Positions 36,750 through 50,159 are shown, numbered from the stretch's first letter. The stretch is 64,000 nt of DNA from Callorhinchus milii (GCF_018977255.1 NW_024704743.1:10108001-10172000); one strand, 5' to 3'. Made by a program: numbers and translations. Notes: generated by a model not told the origin, from the sequence alone.

Positions 36750-37137
36750 CAGGTTGGCTCAATGTCACTCTTGGCTCTGAGTCAGAAGGTCGGGACTAAG
36801 AACTCACATAGTCTAAGGTGAGACTCCAATCCAGTTGCATGTCTGACACGCTGTCCTCCAGATGAGACGCTAACCTGAGGTCCTGTCTGCCTGTCCAGGT
36901 GGATGTTAAAGATTCCATGACGTTATTCGAAAAAGAAGGGAGTTTCTCCTGGTGTCCTGGCCAACAGTCCCCCAAATAAAAAAATTGGTCATTCACTTCA
37001 TGGCTTTATATGGAACATTGCTGTCTGCAATTGTGCTGCTGCATTTGCCTACAAATATACAATCACTCCATTTCCTGTGAAGTGCTTCGAGACGTCCTAA
37101 TGCGATAAGGATTATTATTATTATCATTATTATTATT
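36750..37137 (+). mobile_element. Full-length Deu-domain (SacSINE1-like) SINE
   Basis: Head ttggctc..ctctgagtcagaaggtcggg; core ggatgttaaagattccatgacgttattcgaaaaagaagggagtttctcctggtgtcctggccaa; L2-like tail and (ATT)n. Confidence 0.8.
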
Positions 37138-37962
37138 CCCCTTTTAAAATGTTACCATTAGCACATACTTCAGTTCATAGTCCAGGATGTCACTTTACTT
37201 TAGTACTGGGGAACACTTGACGGTATCATCGTTTGGATGAAACATCAAATCAAGGTTTCATTTGCCCATTTGGGTGGATGTTAATATGCTTGCAAATTCT
37301 TTGAACAGAAAAGGGAGATTTGAGTCAACATTCTTCTGTAGCTGGCCAGGACGTAGGACACCAGTGTTTACCCTCAAAACACACAGTAACTCCACTTTAT
37401 AGCATATCCTGTGAAATGTTTTGTGAAGTCTTCCTGATGTCAAATATGCTATACCAAATGTAAGACTTACTATTATTATTTGGAATATGAATGATCATGA
37501 TCTCGAAAACGTGATAAGGTACTATATCAAATGCAAGGATTATTATTATTATTATGATTATCACTTATTCAGTAAATCCTTGTTTGTAAACTGACACTTG
37601 TTCAGTTTGTGTCCTAATAATGTTGATTTTAACCACTTTCAAAAACGGAATCTCCAGCTTTTCAATGAAGATTGAAACTGTGAAACGATTTCAAACAGCA
37701 GCAAAGCACAAATCACTGTTTGCTTGAATATCTGTTGCAAGTAGACTAATTTATTTCACCATTTGCAGTGAACAAACGTATTACATTGCTTGAATTTATC
37801 AAACGGGATCTGAAGGGAATTCATCCATGAGTGCGCAATAATTCATTTGACAACAGTAGATTGGCGGACACAAGGGTGAGGCCAATTCAGGGACTCTGCG
37901 ATGGGTAATTAAATTCAGGGAAGGTCAGACTGAATAATTTATCAGGAGGATGTTAATGAGGG

Positions 37963-38291
37963 AATAATAATAATAATAATAATCCTTGCATTTGATATAG
38001 CGCTTTTCACGTCGGGAGGACGTCCCAAAGCGCTTCACAGAACACACTGTAAAGTGAATTGACTGTATATTTGTGTGCGAACACGGCAGCCAATTGCGCA
38101 CAGCAATGTCCCACAAACAGTCGTAGATTGAAAATGACCAATTTTTATTATTGTTTTTGGTTTTGGGGGGATTATTATTAGGCTCTGTGTGGAGTAAGGA
38201 AACTTACCCAAGGTTTCACCCTGTCTGGAATTGAACTCAGGTCTCTCACTTGCAAAGCGAGTGCTCTAACCAGTGAGCTACAGGACTCCAC
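37963..38291 (-). mobile_element. Full-length young tRNA-SINE, short form (CTCCC loop)
   Basis: Near-identical reverse complement of 4763-5080, including the diagnostic ccacacagagcct. Confidence 0.96.
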
Positions 38292-38384
38292 GATAATTTA
38301 TTGACAGTGAATCAGCTGATTATCTGATTAATACGGTACTGAGGGTGTGTTACTGATTGAAAGCGAGACTGTCAGATAATACAA

Positions 38385-38770
38385 TTTACAATACAATTCA
38401 CTTTTTTATGTCTTTCACGTGGGGAGGAACTCACAAGGTGCTTGAATAAAGTTATTTTTGGGGGGTGCTTTTTGTGGCTAAGTAACTGCATCACCCAATA
38501 GCATCTCAGAGCTGCTGTAGTTTGACCACAAGCTGGGGAGAAAGGGGTGGTGACCGAAGACAAGGTCAAAGAGGAAAATCTTCTGGTGAGAGCTGAAGAT
38601 AGGCAAAGAGGGAGCAAGATGGAGGGATTGAGGTAGGGAGCTACAGAGGTTCGGGGAGGTGTGGCTGGAAGCACAGTCAGTGATGGTGGAGTGGAGAAGT
38701 TGAGAAATACGCAGAAGACTCGAAGCACCTGAGCAAAGGGGTGGGGGAGATAAAGAAGGAAGCGCAAAAA
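38385..38770 (-). mobile_element. Old L2 3' remnant
   Basis: Degenerate tail plus the purine-rich gaagacaaggtcaaagaggaaaatcttc region. Confidence 0.55.
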
Positions 38771-39131
38771 GAGGCAAAGCTTTGTGGGGTGTTGATGATC
38801 TCGAGTTCTAGGTCGAGATTTATGACCGAAAGCAATTAATTTTTCATGTGGCTCAAATAAACTGCTATCTCTTAATGTCACACAAACAACCCTGAAGTGA
38901 ATACTCAATTTTATTTGGGGGAATTGTTGGCCAGGACAGAGGGAGAAATCTCAAAGGTCATGGGATCTTTAACATCTAACTGAGCAGGCAGATGGGACCT
39001 CAGTTTAATGTCTCATCTTCTGAGACATGACACCCTTCTGAAGAATAGGAACATAGGACACAGGAACATAGGAACATTCATCCCTTTGAGCCTATTCCAC
39101 CATTTAATTAGATCATGGCTGACCTGTACAC

Positions 39132-39875
39132 CAACAACAAAAACAAGATTACATTTGTATAGCGCCTCTCACGTTAGGAGGTCTCAGGTGGGGCGAGGTC
39201 ATGGAGGGCTTTGTATGTGAGGACCAGGATCTTCAACTGGATCTTCTGAAGGATAGGGAGCCAGTGGAGTCGGGCGAGAATGTGGGAGATGGGGTCATGG
39301 AGTTTGGTGCGGAAGAGGATATGGACTGCAGAGTTCCGGATTATCTGCAGACTGTGGAGGGAGGAGTTGTTACTGAGGTGAGGTAAGGCAGAGCGGGTCA
39401 TGGCTTGAATGTGGGGGAGAAAAGACAGTTGAGGGTCGAACAAGACACCTAGGTTCCTGACTGATTTGGTGAGTTGTAGTGTGCAACCATGGAGGTTGAT
39501 GCTGCCAGAGCCTGAGGTGCAGAGGCGCTGGCGGGAGCCAATCAGGAGGGCCTCAGTCTTGTTCACATTCAACTGAAGGAAATTTTTCCTCATCCAGGAC
39601 TTGATGTTTGACAGGCAGTCTGTTAAGACAGCAGTGGTCCTGGAGTTGAGGGTGGAGGCAGAAAGATAGAGTTGGGTGCCATCCCATGTGGAAGTTGACC
39701 CCATGTCTGTGGATGATGTCACCAAGGAGGAGCATGTAGATAATAAAGAGGAGAGGGCCAAAGACAGAGCCCTGGGGGATGCCAGATGTGACAGTGCGGG
39801 GGCTGGAGGAGAAACTGTTGGAGGCAATGAAGTGGAGGTGGTGAGAGAGATAGGAATCGAACCAGGCAAGAACCT
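39132..39875 (-). mobile_element. L2 RT fragment with internal deletions, inserted in the CR1 3' UTR
   Basis: GIPQGSVFGPLLFIIYM, WMRKNFLQLNVNKTE, LHWLPI; (AAC)n tail at 39132. Confidence 0.92.
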
Positions 39876-41446
39876 CAACTAATCCTTTCAATTCCAATTT
39901 CCCGCTTTCTCCCCATATCCCTTTATACCCTAACCTACCAAAAATCTATCAACCTCACTCTTAAAGTTGTAGATGAATCCAGCATCCATGGCCTTTTGCG
40001 AGAAAGAATTCCAGATATATACTCTTTGAGTGAAAAAGTGCTTCCTGATTTCACTCTTAAATGGCCTGGTTCTAATTTTAAGATTATGCCCCTTGTTTTG
40101 GATTCCCCCATGAGAGGAAACAGCTTCTCTGTATCTGCCCTATCAAATCCCTCTATCACCTCTCAACCTTCCAAACTCAAGAGAATACAATCCAAGTTTA
40201 TGCAGTCTTTCCTCGTAACTTAACCCTTTTAGACCTGGTAACATTCTAGTGAACCTGCGCTGCACCCCCTCCAGGGCCAATATATCTTTCCTGAGGTGTG
40301 GTGCCCAAAACTGAACGCAGTCTCCAGATGGGGTCTGACCAATGCTCTATACAGCTGAAGCATCATTTCTTCCGCTTTGCATTCCAGGCCCCTTGAGATA
40401 AAGGCCAACATTCCATTCACCTTTTTGATTACTTTTTGCACCTGGGAACTAGTTTTTAGTGATTTGTGGATATGGACACCCATATCTCTTTGCTCATCCA
40501 CAGTTCTTAATTTCTCCCCATTAAGAAAATATTCTGCTTCATCTTTTTCCGGTCCATAGTGGATGACCTCACACTTCCTTACATGGAACTAACTCCATGT
40601 GCCACAGCTTTGCCCACTCTAATCTGTCCAAGTCCCTTTGTAATTTCCTACTCCCATCTACACTGACTGAGCCTCCTAGCTTAGTATCATCTTCAAACTT
40701 GGATATAAAACTTTCTATTCCTTCATCTAAGTCATTTATATATATACGGCGAATAGTTGGGGTCCCAGTACAGACCCCTGGGGGACACCACTTGTCATGT
40801 CCCACCAATCAGAGAACGTTCCCTTTATCACTTCTCTCTGTTTCCTGCCTCCCAAACAATTACCAAGCCACGTCACAAGGTTACCTCCGACTCGCTTCCA
40901 TTTTTGCTAATTATCTTTTGTGCGGAACCTTATCAAATGCATTCTGAATGTCCATATAAATGACATCCGTAGACACTCTCTTATCCACCATTTTAGTGAC
41001 CTCCTCAAAAAATTCAACTAGATTAGTCATACATGACCTACCCTTCACAAACCCATGCTGACTCTTTTTGACTAGATCATACCTGTCCAAGTGTTCAATC
41101 ACTCTGTCCCAGTATTTTGCTTACAACTGATGTTAACCTGACAGGTCTGTAGTTTCCTGGTTTTCTCCCTCCCTTCTTAAATAAATGGGAGACATTTACA
41201 ATTTTCCAATCTAAGGGCACAATTCCCGAATCTAGTAAGCTTTGGAAAATTATGACGAATGCATCTACAATTTCCTCTTCTATTTCCTTTAACACCCTGG
41301 GGTGGAAACTTTCAGGTCCTGGACGTTTGTCTATCTTGAGTCTCATTATTTTCTCCATTACCATTTATATTAATTTTATTAAGCATTTCTCTTTGACTTA
41401 ATTTTATGTTCCCCTCTATGGTTGGAATTTTGTCCTCATCCTTAGT

Positions 41447-41737
<291 letters not shown>

Positions 41738-42049
41738 GAAATCAGCCGTTTCCTTATTTTCCATTACAGTCTCACCTACACCTGTCTTTAATGGACCCAC
41801 ATTCCCCTTGACCATTCTCTTTCTTTTAATATATTTACAAAAAATGTTACTATTGGTTTTAATATCTCTTGCAAGTTTTTTCATACTCCCATTTTATCCT
41901 CCTATTACTTTCTTTGTATCCATTTGTTGCCTTTTATAGTTCTCCCAGTCGTCTGCATTCCCACTTTTTCTTGCATTTGAGTAAGCCTTTTCTTTTAGCT
42001 TGATACAGTCTCTAACCTCTTTTGTTCACCATGACTACATGATTGGAGC

Positions 42050-42198
42050 TTTTGCATTTCAGGACTCTTCTGATGAAGGGTCATGGACCCAAAACATTGA
42101 CTCACTTTCCTTTCTCCATAGATGCTGCCTGACCTGCTGACCCAGCGACCTCTGTTTTTGTTTCAGATTTACAGCGTCTGCAGTATTTTGCATTTTGT
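42050..42198 (+). mobile_element. Penelope-like pLTR remnant with a degenerate hammerhead core
   Basis: CTGATGA-A-GGGTC-ATG-GACCC-AAAACA at 42070-42096, followed by sequence shared with 4123-4206. Confidence 0.65.
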
Positions 42199-42831
42199 AA
42201 AGTAATACTCCCTGCTGTCTTTCCTAAAAATCCTCCTGTGGGTGAAAACCATTCTCTGAGGGTGGAGTGGTGGGGGAGGAGGGGGATGGGTGGATAGGTG
42301 GGGGAGATTGTTCATTCTCAAATCTGCTGTTAAGAGCAGATTTTTAAGGAGACTTTGAATTATGTTTTCTGGTTTGCCTATGCAGCGTTCCTTAATTAAG
42401 GATGATATCAATTAAGGAATGCAATGCAAGAAGCAAAACCACATTTTGCATCTCATATATTAAATATTACAATGCTAAAGATAATATACAATGCGAGATT
42501 GATCATTATGAAGATCAATGTAATATTACAACTATTTAGTTAATATTACAATAAAGTTAATATTATAATGTTAAAATTGATTCTATTATTAGCTTTATTA
42601 TGTTCATTTTGCACTGCACTTTTCTCATTGATTTAATGTTAAAAGGTGGAACCTGTTAGCATTAATAACACAATATAAAACAAGGATGATCTTCAAGCTA
42701 ATTATGCTGCAGACCATCTGCTGTAAGACCCGAAGAAGTTGTTTTTTAACCAGAAAATTGGTTTGCACCGTTCAATAAGAGTATAGAGGGTTGCAAATAG
42801 ATTTAATTTCCACTCATGAAAGATAGCTTAA

Positions 42832-43008
42832 AATAATGATAATAATCCTTGCATTTGATGAATAAAAAAAATCCTTGCATTTGATATACCACCTTGTCAT
42901 GTCTTCAAAACGTCTCAAAGCGCTTCACAGAATATACTGTAAAGTGAATTGACTGTATAGTTTGCGGGTGAAACGCGGCAGACAATGACGCACAGCATTG
43001 TCCCACAA
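42832..43008 (-). mobile_element. 3' part of a long-form tRNA-SINE split by an L2
   Basis: Tail and core up to tgtcccacaa; the rest lies at 46492-46714. Confidence 0.88.
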
Positions 43009-46000
43009 CAACAACAATAACAACAACAACTTGGATTTATATAGCGCCCTCCATGCCGGATGGCGTCTCAGAGCGCTTTACAGTTTAGGTTGCCGGGACC
43101 GAGCTGGGGGAAGGGGAGGAAGGTGACCAAAGACACGGTCGAAAAGAAATGTCTTCAGCAGAGACCTGAAAATGGGAAGGGAGGGAGCGAGACGAAGAGA
43201 GTGAGGAAGGCAGTTCCAGAGCCTCGGGGCATAGTGGCTGAAGGCACAGCCATCGAGGGTGGAGCAGAGGACTTGGAAGACAAGGAGGAGGCCAGACCCA
43301 GGAGGAACGAAGGCAACGGGTACTGTGCTGAAGAGAGAGGAGGTCAGAGAGGTAGGGGTTCCAGAGGAGTGCAGGCACTTGACTATGAGGGTGAGGATCT
43401 TGAAATCGATCCTCTCTGGGATAGTGAGCCAGTGCAGTCTGGCAAGGACTGGGGTGATCGGGGAGCGGAGTTTCGTGTGGGTGAGAATGCAGGCGGCAGA
43501 GTTCTGAATGAGTTGAATTTTATGGATGGTAGTGGATGGGAGATCGGCAAGGAGGGCGTGACAAAGGCATGGACCAGAGTTTCAGCGGCTTTTGGAAAGA
43601 GGTACTGGCGGAGACGATCTATGCGTCGGAGGTGGAAGAAAGCGGTGCTGGTGAGGGACCGGATGTGGAGGAGGAAGGATAATTGGGGGCCGAACCTGAC
43701 GGCTAGGTTGCATACGGGTTCGGAGAGTTTTAGGGCGAGGTCGGGTAGATGGAGGAGGTGAAAACTATGAGATTTTAGATGTTGACGAGAGCCGAAGAGT
43801 ATGGCTTCCGTCTTGTCAATGTTCAGCTGAAGGAAGTTTGCGCTCATCCAGCCCCTGAGATCTGACAGGCAGCCTGACAGAACATCAGGAGACTGGGGGT
43901 CGCAAGGAGAGGTGGAAATAGAGTTGGGTGTCATCTGCATAAATGTGGAAATGTACGCCATGTTTATGGATGACATCCCCAAGAGGGAACATGTAGATCA
44001 GAAAGAGGAGGGGCCAAGGATACCCCTTGGGGTACCCCGCAGGTGACCGGGTGAGAATGGGAGGAGAAGCCGTTTGTGCAGATGTACTGCTGGTGGTTTG
44101 TGAGGTAGGACTCGAACCAGGCGAGTGCGGTCCCACTGAGGTGGTTGACGGAGGAAAGGCGGTGGAGGAGGATGGCGTGATTGACTGTATCGAACGCGGC
44201 GGAGAGGTCCAGGAAGACAAGGAGGCAGAGGGAGCCCTGGTCACAGATAGAGAGGACGTTCTCTTTGACCGTGCCTTCAGCTCCCCTCTTGACTCTCTAC
44301 CCCCTCCTCGCTCCCTCCCTTCCCTCCCCTCACCCTGACCATTTCCCCCCTGCTTGGGTCCTGACCCAACTGTACAGCGCCTTGGGACGTCCTCCCGACG
44401 TGAAAGGCGCTCTATAAATGGAATCTTGTTGTTGTTGTTGTTGTTTGTGACTTTCACAAGCGCAGTCTCTGTACTGTGGGCAGGGCAGAAACCGGACTGG
44501 AGGGGTTTGAAGAGTGAGTGAGAGGAGAGGCGTACGTGGAGTTGGTTTGCAACAACATGTTCTAGAACTTTTGAAAGGAAGGGCAGGTTAGAAATAGGGC
44601 AGTAATGGCTGAGGTTTGAGGGATCCAGGGAGGGATTTTTCAGGAGGGGGTTGATGATTGCTGTTTTGAGGGAGGCAGGGACTGATCCCGAGGAGAGGGA
44701 CTGGTTGATAATGTCAGCCAGTAGTGGGCAGAGGAGGGGAAGCTGTGTGACCAGGAAGTTGGTGGGGAGGGGGTCGAGGCCGCAGGTGGTGGGTTTCATG
44801 GAGGTGATGGTGGGTGAGAGGGAGGAGAGAGAGATGGGGAGGAAAGAGTGTAGAAAGCGGGTGGTGGTAGGAGCAGATGATGAGGAGGGTGAGGGGGACA
44901 GAGAGAGCATGGTAGTGGGTGATAAGTGGCAGGTGCTCCTTATCCTCTGCCTGGCTGCCTGGCGGATGTTCAGTATTTTAGTTGAAAAGAAGTCTATGAC
45001 CTCCTCGCACTTGCCATTTGATACAAAGATTGAGGAGGCCGGGGTGGGTGCACGGAGGAGGTAGTGGGTGGCGGAAAAAAGGATTTGGGGTTTGTGTTTA
45101 GCCTCCAAGATGATGTTGGAGTAAAAGGCCATTTTGCGCTTGTCAAAGAACGGCAGTAGCTGTGGAGAAGCTCGAGCCACAGTTGGAGGTGAACTGTCAG
45201 GCCAGTTTTTGGCCATCTGCACTCGAGCAGTCAGGTTTGGATTTTTTGACGGCGGAGATGGTTGTTGTACCAGGGTGATCGCGTGGGTTTGGAGATGTTC
45301 CTGAATTTCAGGGGGACGAGGGCGTTGAAAGTGGAGGAGAGGCGATCATGGAGCAGCTGGACAGCCAGACATGTGGAAGGCCAGACGGATAGGATGTTTG
45401 AAGATGAGAGGGCCTTTGTGAGGGTCTCAGCTGGTAGCCTTTTCCAAGGGCGGTAGAGGATGGTTGAGGGCTTGGTGGAGGAGAGAGGGATGTGAGAAGG
45501 AGATAAAAAAGTGGTCCGCGTTAGCCTTGTCCTCTATGCTGAGGTCGGAAATGTCAAGGCTATGGGTGATGATGAGGTCAAGTGCATGACCACGGTTGTG
45601 GGTAGGTGAGTTTATATGGAGGGTAAGGTTTAGGGAGGAGAGGAGGGCAGTAAAATTGTCAGAAATTGTGCAGGGGGAGTTTAGGTGGAGGTTGAAATCG
45701 CCCATTATGAGTAGGCGCTTGGAGCAGAGGGACAGGGAAGAGAGGAGAGTAGAGATGTCTGTGAGTAAGGATCTGGGGGGGCTTAGGGGGGCGGTAAACA
45801 AGGAGGATTTTCAAAGGGAGAGAGGGGTGGAAAAGGGTGAGGTGCTCAAAGGAGGGGAAGCAGCCAAAGGAGTAGGTGGTGTGAGACCAAGGGAGGCTTT
45901 GGAAATGAAGGCCACCCCGCCGCCATGTTGGTTTGGACGGGGGGTGTGGAGGAAGGTGTAGCCTGGAGGGGAGGCTTCCATGAGGGGGACAGGGTCATTG

Positions 46001-46491
46001 GGGCAGAAGCAGGTTTTGGTGAGCCCAAGAATATCAAGGTGCTCGTCCAGGATGAGGTCGTGGATGGTGAGGGCTTTGTTTGAGAGGGAATGAACATTTT
46101 GGAGGCAAATGCGGGTGGCTTTGCTGGAGGTGGGGGAGGGAGGAGAGAGTGGTGCGGAGAGGATTTTGGGTTGTATAGGAGAGATGGTTGTGGAGAGTGG
46201 TGTGAATGGAGAGTTGGGGAGGGTATGTATGAGGGACGGGGGAGTTGGGTTTGCCTTAAGGAGGCGGTTTATGTGGAGGGTGTTTGTGTGATGGGACACG
46301 TGGGGTTGCTGCTCTGGGTTAGCCAGTGCCAGGAGCCATGATGGGCCCGGGTGAGGATGCCCAGGCTGGAGTCGAGGGAAGTGGTGATGGGGTCAAGGAG
46401 GGAGAGAAGGCGGGGAGGGCGGTGGAAGAGAAGGACAGAGTGGGAGTAGCGGATAGAGGGGTGTGGGAGGAGAGACATTTAGGAGGAGTCT
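43009..46491 (-). mobile_element. Near full-length L2 LINE (APE endonuclease + RT), disrupted; tail type A
   Basis: [95 protein letters not shown]; (CAA)n tail. Confidence 0.96.
44260..44445 (+). mobile_element. Short L2 3' end (tail type B) inserted antisense in the L2 RT
   Basis: Splits [13 protein letters not shown]; ends cgccttgggacgtcctcccgacgtgaaaggcgc...(TTG)n. Confidence 0.9.
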
Positions 46492-46714
46492 CAGTCATGG
46501 ATTAAAGTGACCAATTTTTTTTTGAAGAAATTATTACTGCTGGAAAAGCCATTCGCCAATTGACTAACAACTGGATTCCTACTTACTGCTAGGTAAACAA
46601 AGGTGTGTGGAGTAAGGAAACTTGCCTAAGGTTTCGGCCTGATCAGGAATGGAACCCAGGCCCTCTAACTTGTGAGGCGAGCACGCTAACCACTACACTA
46701 CCACTACACTATGG
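46492..46714 (-). mobile_element. 5' part of the long-form tRNA-SINE split by the L2
   Basis: Resumes at cagtcatggatt and includes the ~60 bp segment and the head. Confidence 0.88.
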
Positions 46715-47150
46715 GATTAGAAGGTCTTCGGCAGCCTGTTGAATTGTCCAAGAACGTGCAGAGAAACATTGGATAAAGTGACTGAGGCAGGAGTCACACG
46801 TTAGTTAGTGGCCCAATTTCAAAAAGTTCCAGCAGTGTAAATCAGCCATCACATTAACACTCATGTTTATTTTAGCATCACAGTGTGTGAGTGGCAAGTT
46901 TTTCGTATTTCTGTTGATAAAAAAGACTAGCCCAGGGAGACTACAGTTTCTCTAGACCTGCCAGGAGCATGAAGGTTAATTAGTCTAATTTGAAAAATAA
47001 TGAGGGAAAAGATAATAGGTAATACTGTCAAAATCCGTACCCTTGGTACGGCACCTTTCACATCTGGAGAATGTGCCAAAGCGCTTCAAAGGATAAAGTA
47101 CTTTTTGTGTGTTTTGTAAGCAAACATGATGGCCCCCAGCAATATCCCAC

Positions 47151-48041
47151 CACCACAACACCAAAATTAAATTTTTATAATGCCTTTCACATCGGGAGGA
47201 CGTCCCAAGGTGCTGGACATGCGTAGTTTCCGACCCGAGCTGGGGGTTGGGGAGGGTGAAGGGTAGGGGGGCAAGCAGGGAGATCGAAGGCCTGGTCGAA
47301 GAGGAGGGTCTTGAGATGGGTTTTAAAAGGTGGCAGGGGAGGAGACGAGGTGGAGAGACTATGGGATGGTGTTCCAGAAGGTGGGGGCAAAGTGGGAGAA
47401 GGCCCGCCCGCCAATAGTGGGGCGAGCGAGGCGGGGGACGTGAAGCAGGCTGGAGTCCGCTGAGTGGAGGGAGCGAGCAGGATGGTCGCAGAGGTAGGGG
47501 GGAGCAAGACCTTGGAGGACTTTGAAGGTGAGGACCAGGATCTTGAACTGTATCCTCTGTGTGATGGGAAGCCAGTGGAGTCAGGCGAGGATGTGGGTGA
47601 TAGAGTCACAGAGCCTGAACGGAGAGGACACGGGCTGCAGAGTTCTGGATGATCTGCAGCCTATAGAGGGAGGAGTTGGGGAGGCCTACAAACAAGCAGT
47701 TTGCATAGTCAAGCCTCGATGTTATGAAAGCATGTATGAGGGTTTTGGCGGCCTGTGGTGTAAGACAATGGAGGAGCCGGGTGATGTTGCGGAGGTGCGG
47801 GAAGTCAGTGCAGGTCATGGAGCAGATGTGGGGTAGAAAGGATAGTTGAGGGTCAAACAAGATGCCAAGGTTCCGGGCTGGCTTAGCAAGGTGGAAGGTG
47901 CATCCATGGATGGTGATGCTGTCAGTGCCTGAGGTGAGGAGGCGCTGACAGGAGCCAATCAGGAGAGCCTCAGTCTTGATGACTTCCAACTGAAGAAAAT
48001 TAGCTCTCATCCAGGACTTGATGTCCAATAGACATTCTGTC
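47151..48041 (-). mobile_element. 5'-truncated L2 (tail type B) inserted in a Deu SINE (47050-48100)
   Basis: ORF 47606..48100 WMRANFLQL..ARNLGILFDPQLSF..AFITSRLDYANCL; flanks tatcccac and tgtcccac. Confidence 0.93.
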
Positions 48042-48289
48042 CCACAAACAGCCATCAAGTGAGTGACCAATTTTATTTGGGGGATTGTTGGCCAGAACAC
48101 CAGTAAAACGTTTTGTGGAGGAGAAGTGAACTAATCTAGGATTAGGATTGTTTTTCGATTTAGTCAGCTCAAAAATAAATAGACACAAGCCTATAGCTTG
48201 ATTTGAGATTTGGTAGTGAGCCTGAGATGGAAAAGAACACTCATAAACAACACTAACAATATTATTAGATGCCATTGTAGATGCGTATG

Positions 48290-48575
48290 AGTAATAGCTC
48301 TGTATATTTTTGGAGGTGAACACAGCAGCCAATCTGCGCACAGCAATGTTCCACAAACAGGCAAGATGTAAAAACTCAGTTTATTCTTGAGAATTTCTGG
48401 CCAGGACACTCTTTCCAAATATTGCTATGAGAGCTTGAAGGACGGCCTCTGTGACAATCCAGCACTTCCCTCAACCCTGTACTGGAGTGGCAGCCCAGTC
48501 TATGAACTCAAAGTTCTGACGTTGAGCTTGAACTCACAATCTCTGACTCAGAGGCGAGAGTGCCAACTGAGCCGG
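48290..48575 (-). mobile_element. Degraded Deu-domain SINE
   Basis: gcagccaatctgcgcacagcaatgttccacaaacag...ctctgactcagaggcgagagtgc. Confidence 0.7.
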
Positions 48576-48699
48576 AATGTCCCTTGAGCCATATTTAACC
48601 AAGTTTGAATCTGAATTCATTGGTAATAAACTAGACTTACATAAAAGACTGCTCTGGCTCATTTCTTAAACAATTTAAGTAAAATTTACAGAATGCACC

Positions 48700-49160
48700 T
48701 ATTGCTTCACATGTTCGTGACCCCTTCACACCCACCCTTGCCCAGCTCCACTGGTTCCCCATCCCTCAGAGGATCGAGTTAAATATTCTCATCCTTACCT
48801 TCAACACCTTCCATGGCCTTGCCCTCTCCTACCTCTCCGACCTGCTAACCTCCTATCAACCTGTCCGCTCCCTCCACTCAGCGGGCTCTGGATTACTTAG
48901 TGGGTGAGGGCTTGATGAACAAGATTGTGCAGCCTCTCCCCCCCCACCCTCTGGAACTCCATCCCACATTCCCTTTGCCTCGCTCCATCTCTTCCCTCCT
49001 TCAAGCATGCCTCAAGACCCTCCTCTTCGACAACCCTCATACCCTCTCTGCCCTCCAACCTCCCTGATCCCAAACCCCACTCCCCCCCTAATCCCTGACT
49101 GTTCAGCACCTTGTGACATCCTCCCAATGTGAAAGGAGTTTTAGACATGTAATTTTGTAT
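48700..49160 (+). mobile_element. L2 3' end
   Basis: LAQLHWFPIPQRIEL..LILTF..HGLALSYLSDLL; tail gacatcctcccaatgtgaaagg. Confidence 0.8.
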
Positions 49161-50159
49161 TGCATTGGGTTGAAATATACATTTCATGCAGGTCCACTTT
49201 GATAATTATCAAATATTAGAAAATGTTCACCGAGAATTCCAGAGAATGTTACAACACAGAAACAGGTCATTCGGCCAAACTGATCCATGTCTGGGCTTAT
49301 ACTCCAAATGAGCATCATTACTTCCTAATCTCATCTCCTATATCCTTCTCTTCCCTTCTCCCTCATGTGTGGTTCATCGGGCCTTACATTGTTGCTTTTC
49401 GTTTCAACCACAGCTTCCGGCAGTGAGTGCCACATTCCCATCTCTGTGTGAAGAAGTTCTTCCTAAACTCCTTATTAGATCTGCTACTGTTTTTCTTTTA
49501 TTTATACCTTCTTGGTTTGGACTCATCAACAAATGCACAATTATATTGCTTAGTTAATAACAATTTTGTTCATCAAGCCCTCACCCACTAAGCAATCTGC
49601 AAATACCCTCATTTCTTCCCTAGTCTTCGGCAATTCCTTCAATATCTATTAGGTCTCAATAAACTCACTTCTTTTAAATTGCACCAGATTGAAAATACTA
49701 CACAACTACTACCAACAATAATCCTTGCATTTGATATAACACCTTATTACATTGTCGAGGCTTTTCAAAGGACTTCACATGATTTACTGTGAAGTGGTGT
49801 GACCGTGTGTAATTTGTGAGTGAACTATTTGACTGTTTGTTGCTTTGGGTTATTTTGCGATAATCATTCCCAGCCCACTGAGGTTGAGAAAAATGAATGA
49901 TGGTTGAGACTGAAAGTCATCTTGCGGTGCTGAAGACAGAAATGTTTACATTTGAAATAAAGTAAAAACTTATGCAAATCTGATCATTAGCAGATTTAAA
50001 TTGATTTCTGCCTTAGGCTACTAGTTACAATAAAATTTCAGTTTGCTCGGGAGAAACACAAAGTGTTAAAGTGAACTTGGTCAGATCACAACCACTACTG
50101 TGGAAGAGCAGCAACTTAAGAGCCAGTGAATGTATAAGACCTTAGGACATTTGTAAATT

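Noticed and set aside
43060..43761. 233 aa plus-strand ORF
   Set aside because: Antisense frame of the purine-skewed L2 3' region.
43885..45222. 445 aa ORF as a novel or intact protein
   Set aside because: It is L2 ORF2 reading through an antisense L2 tail insertion (NNNNNKIP...) and going out of frame.
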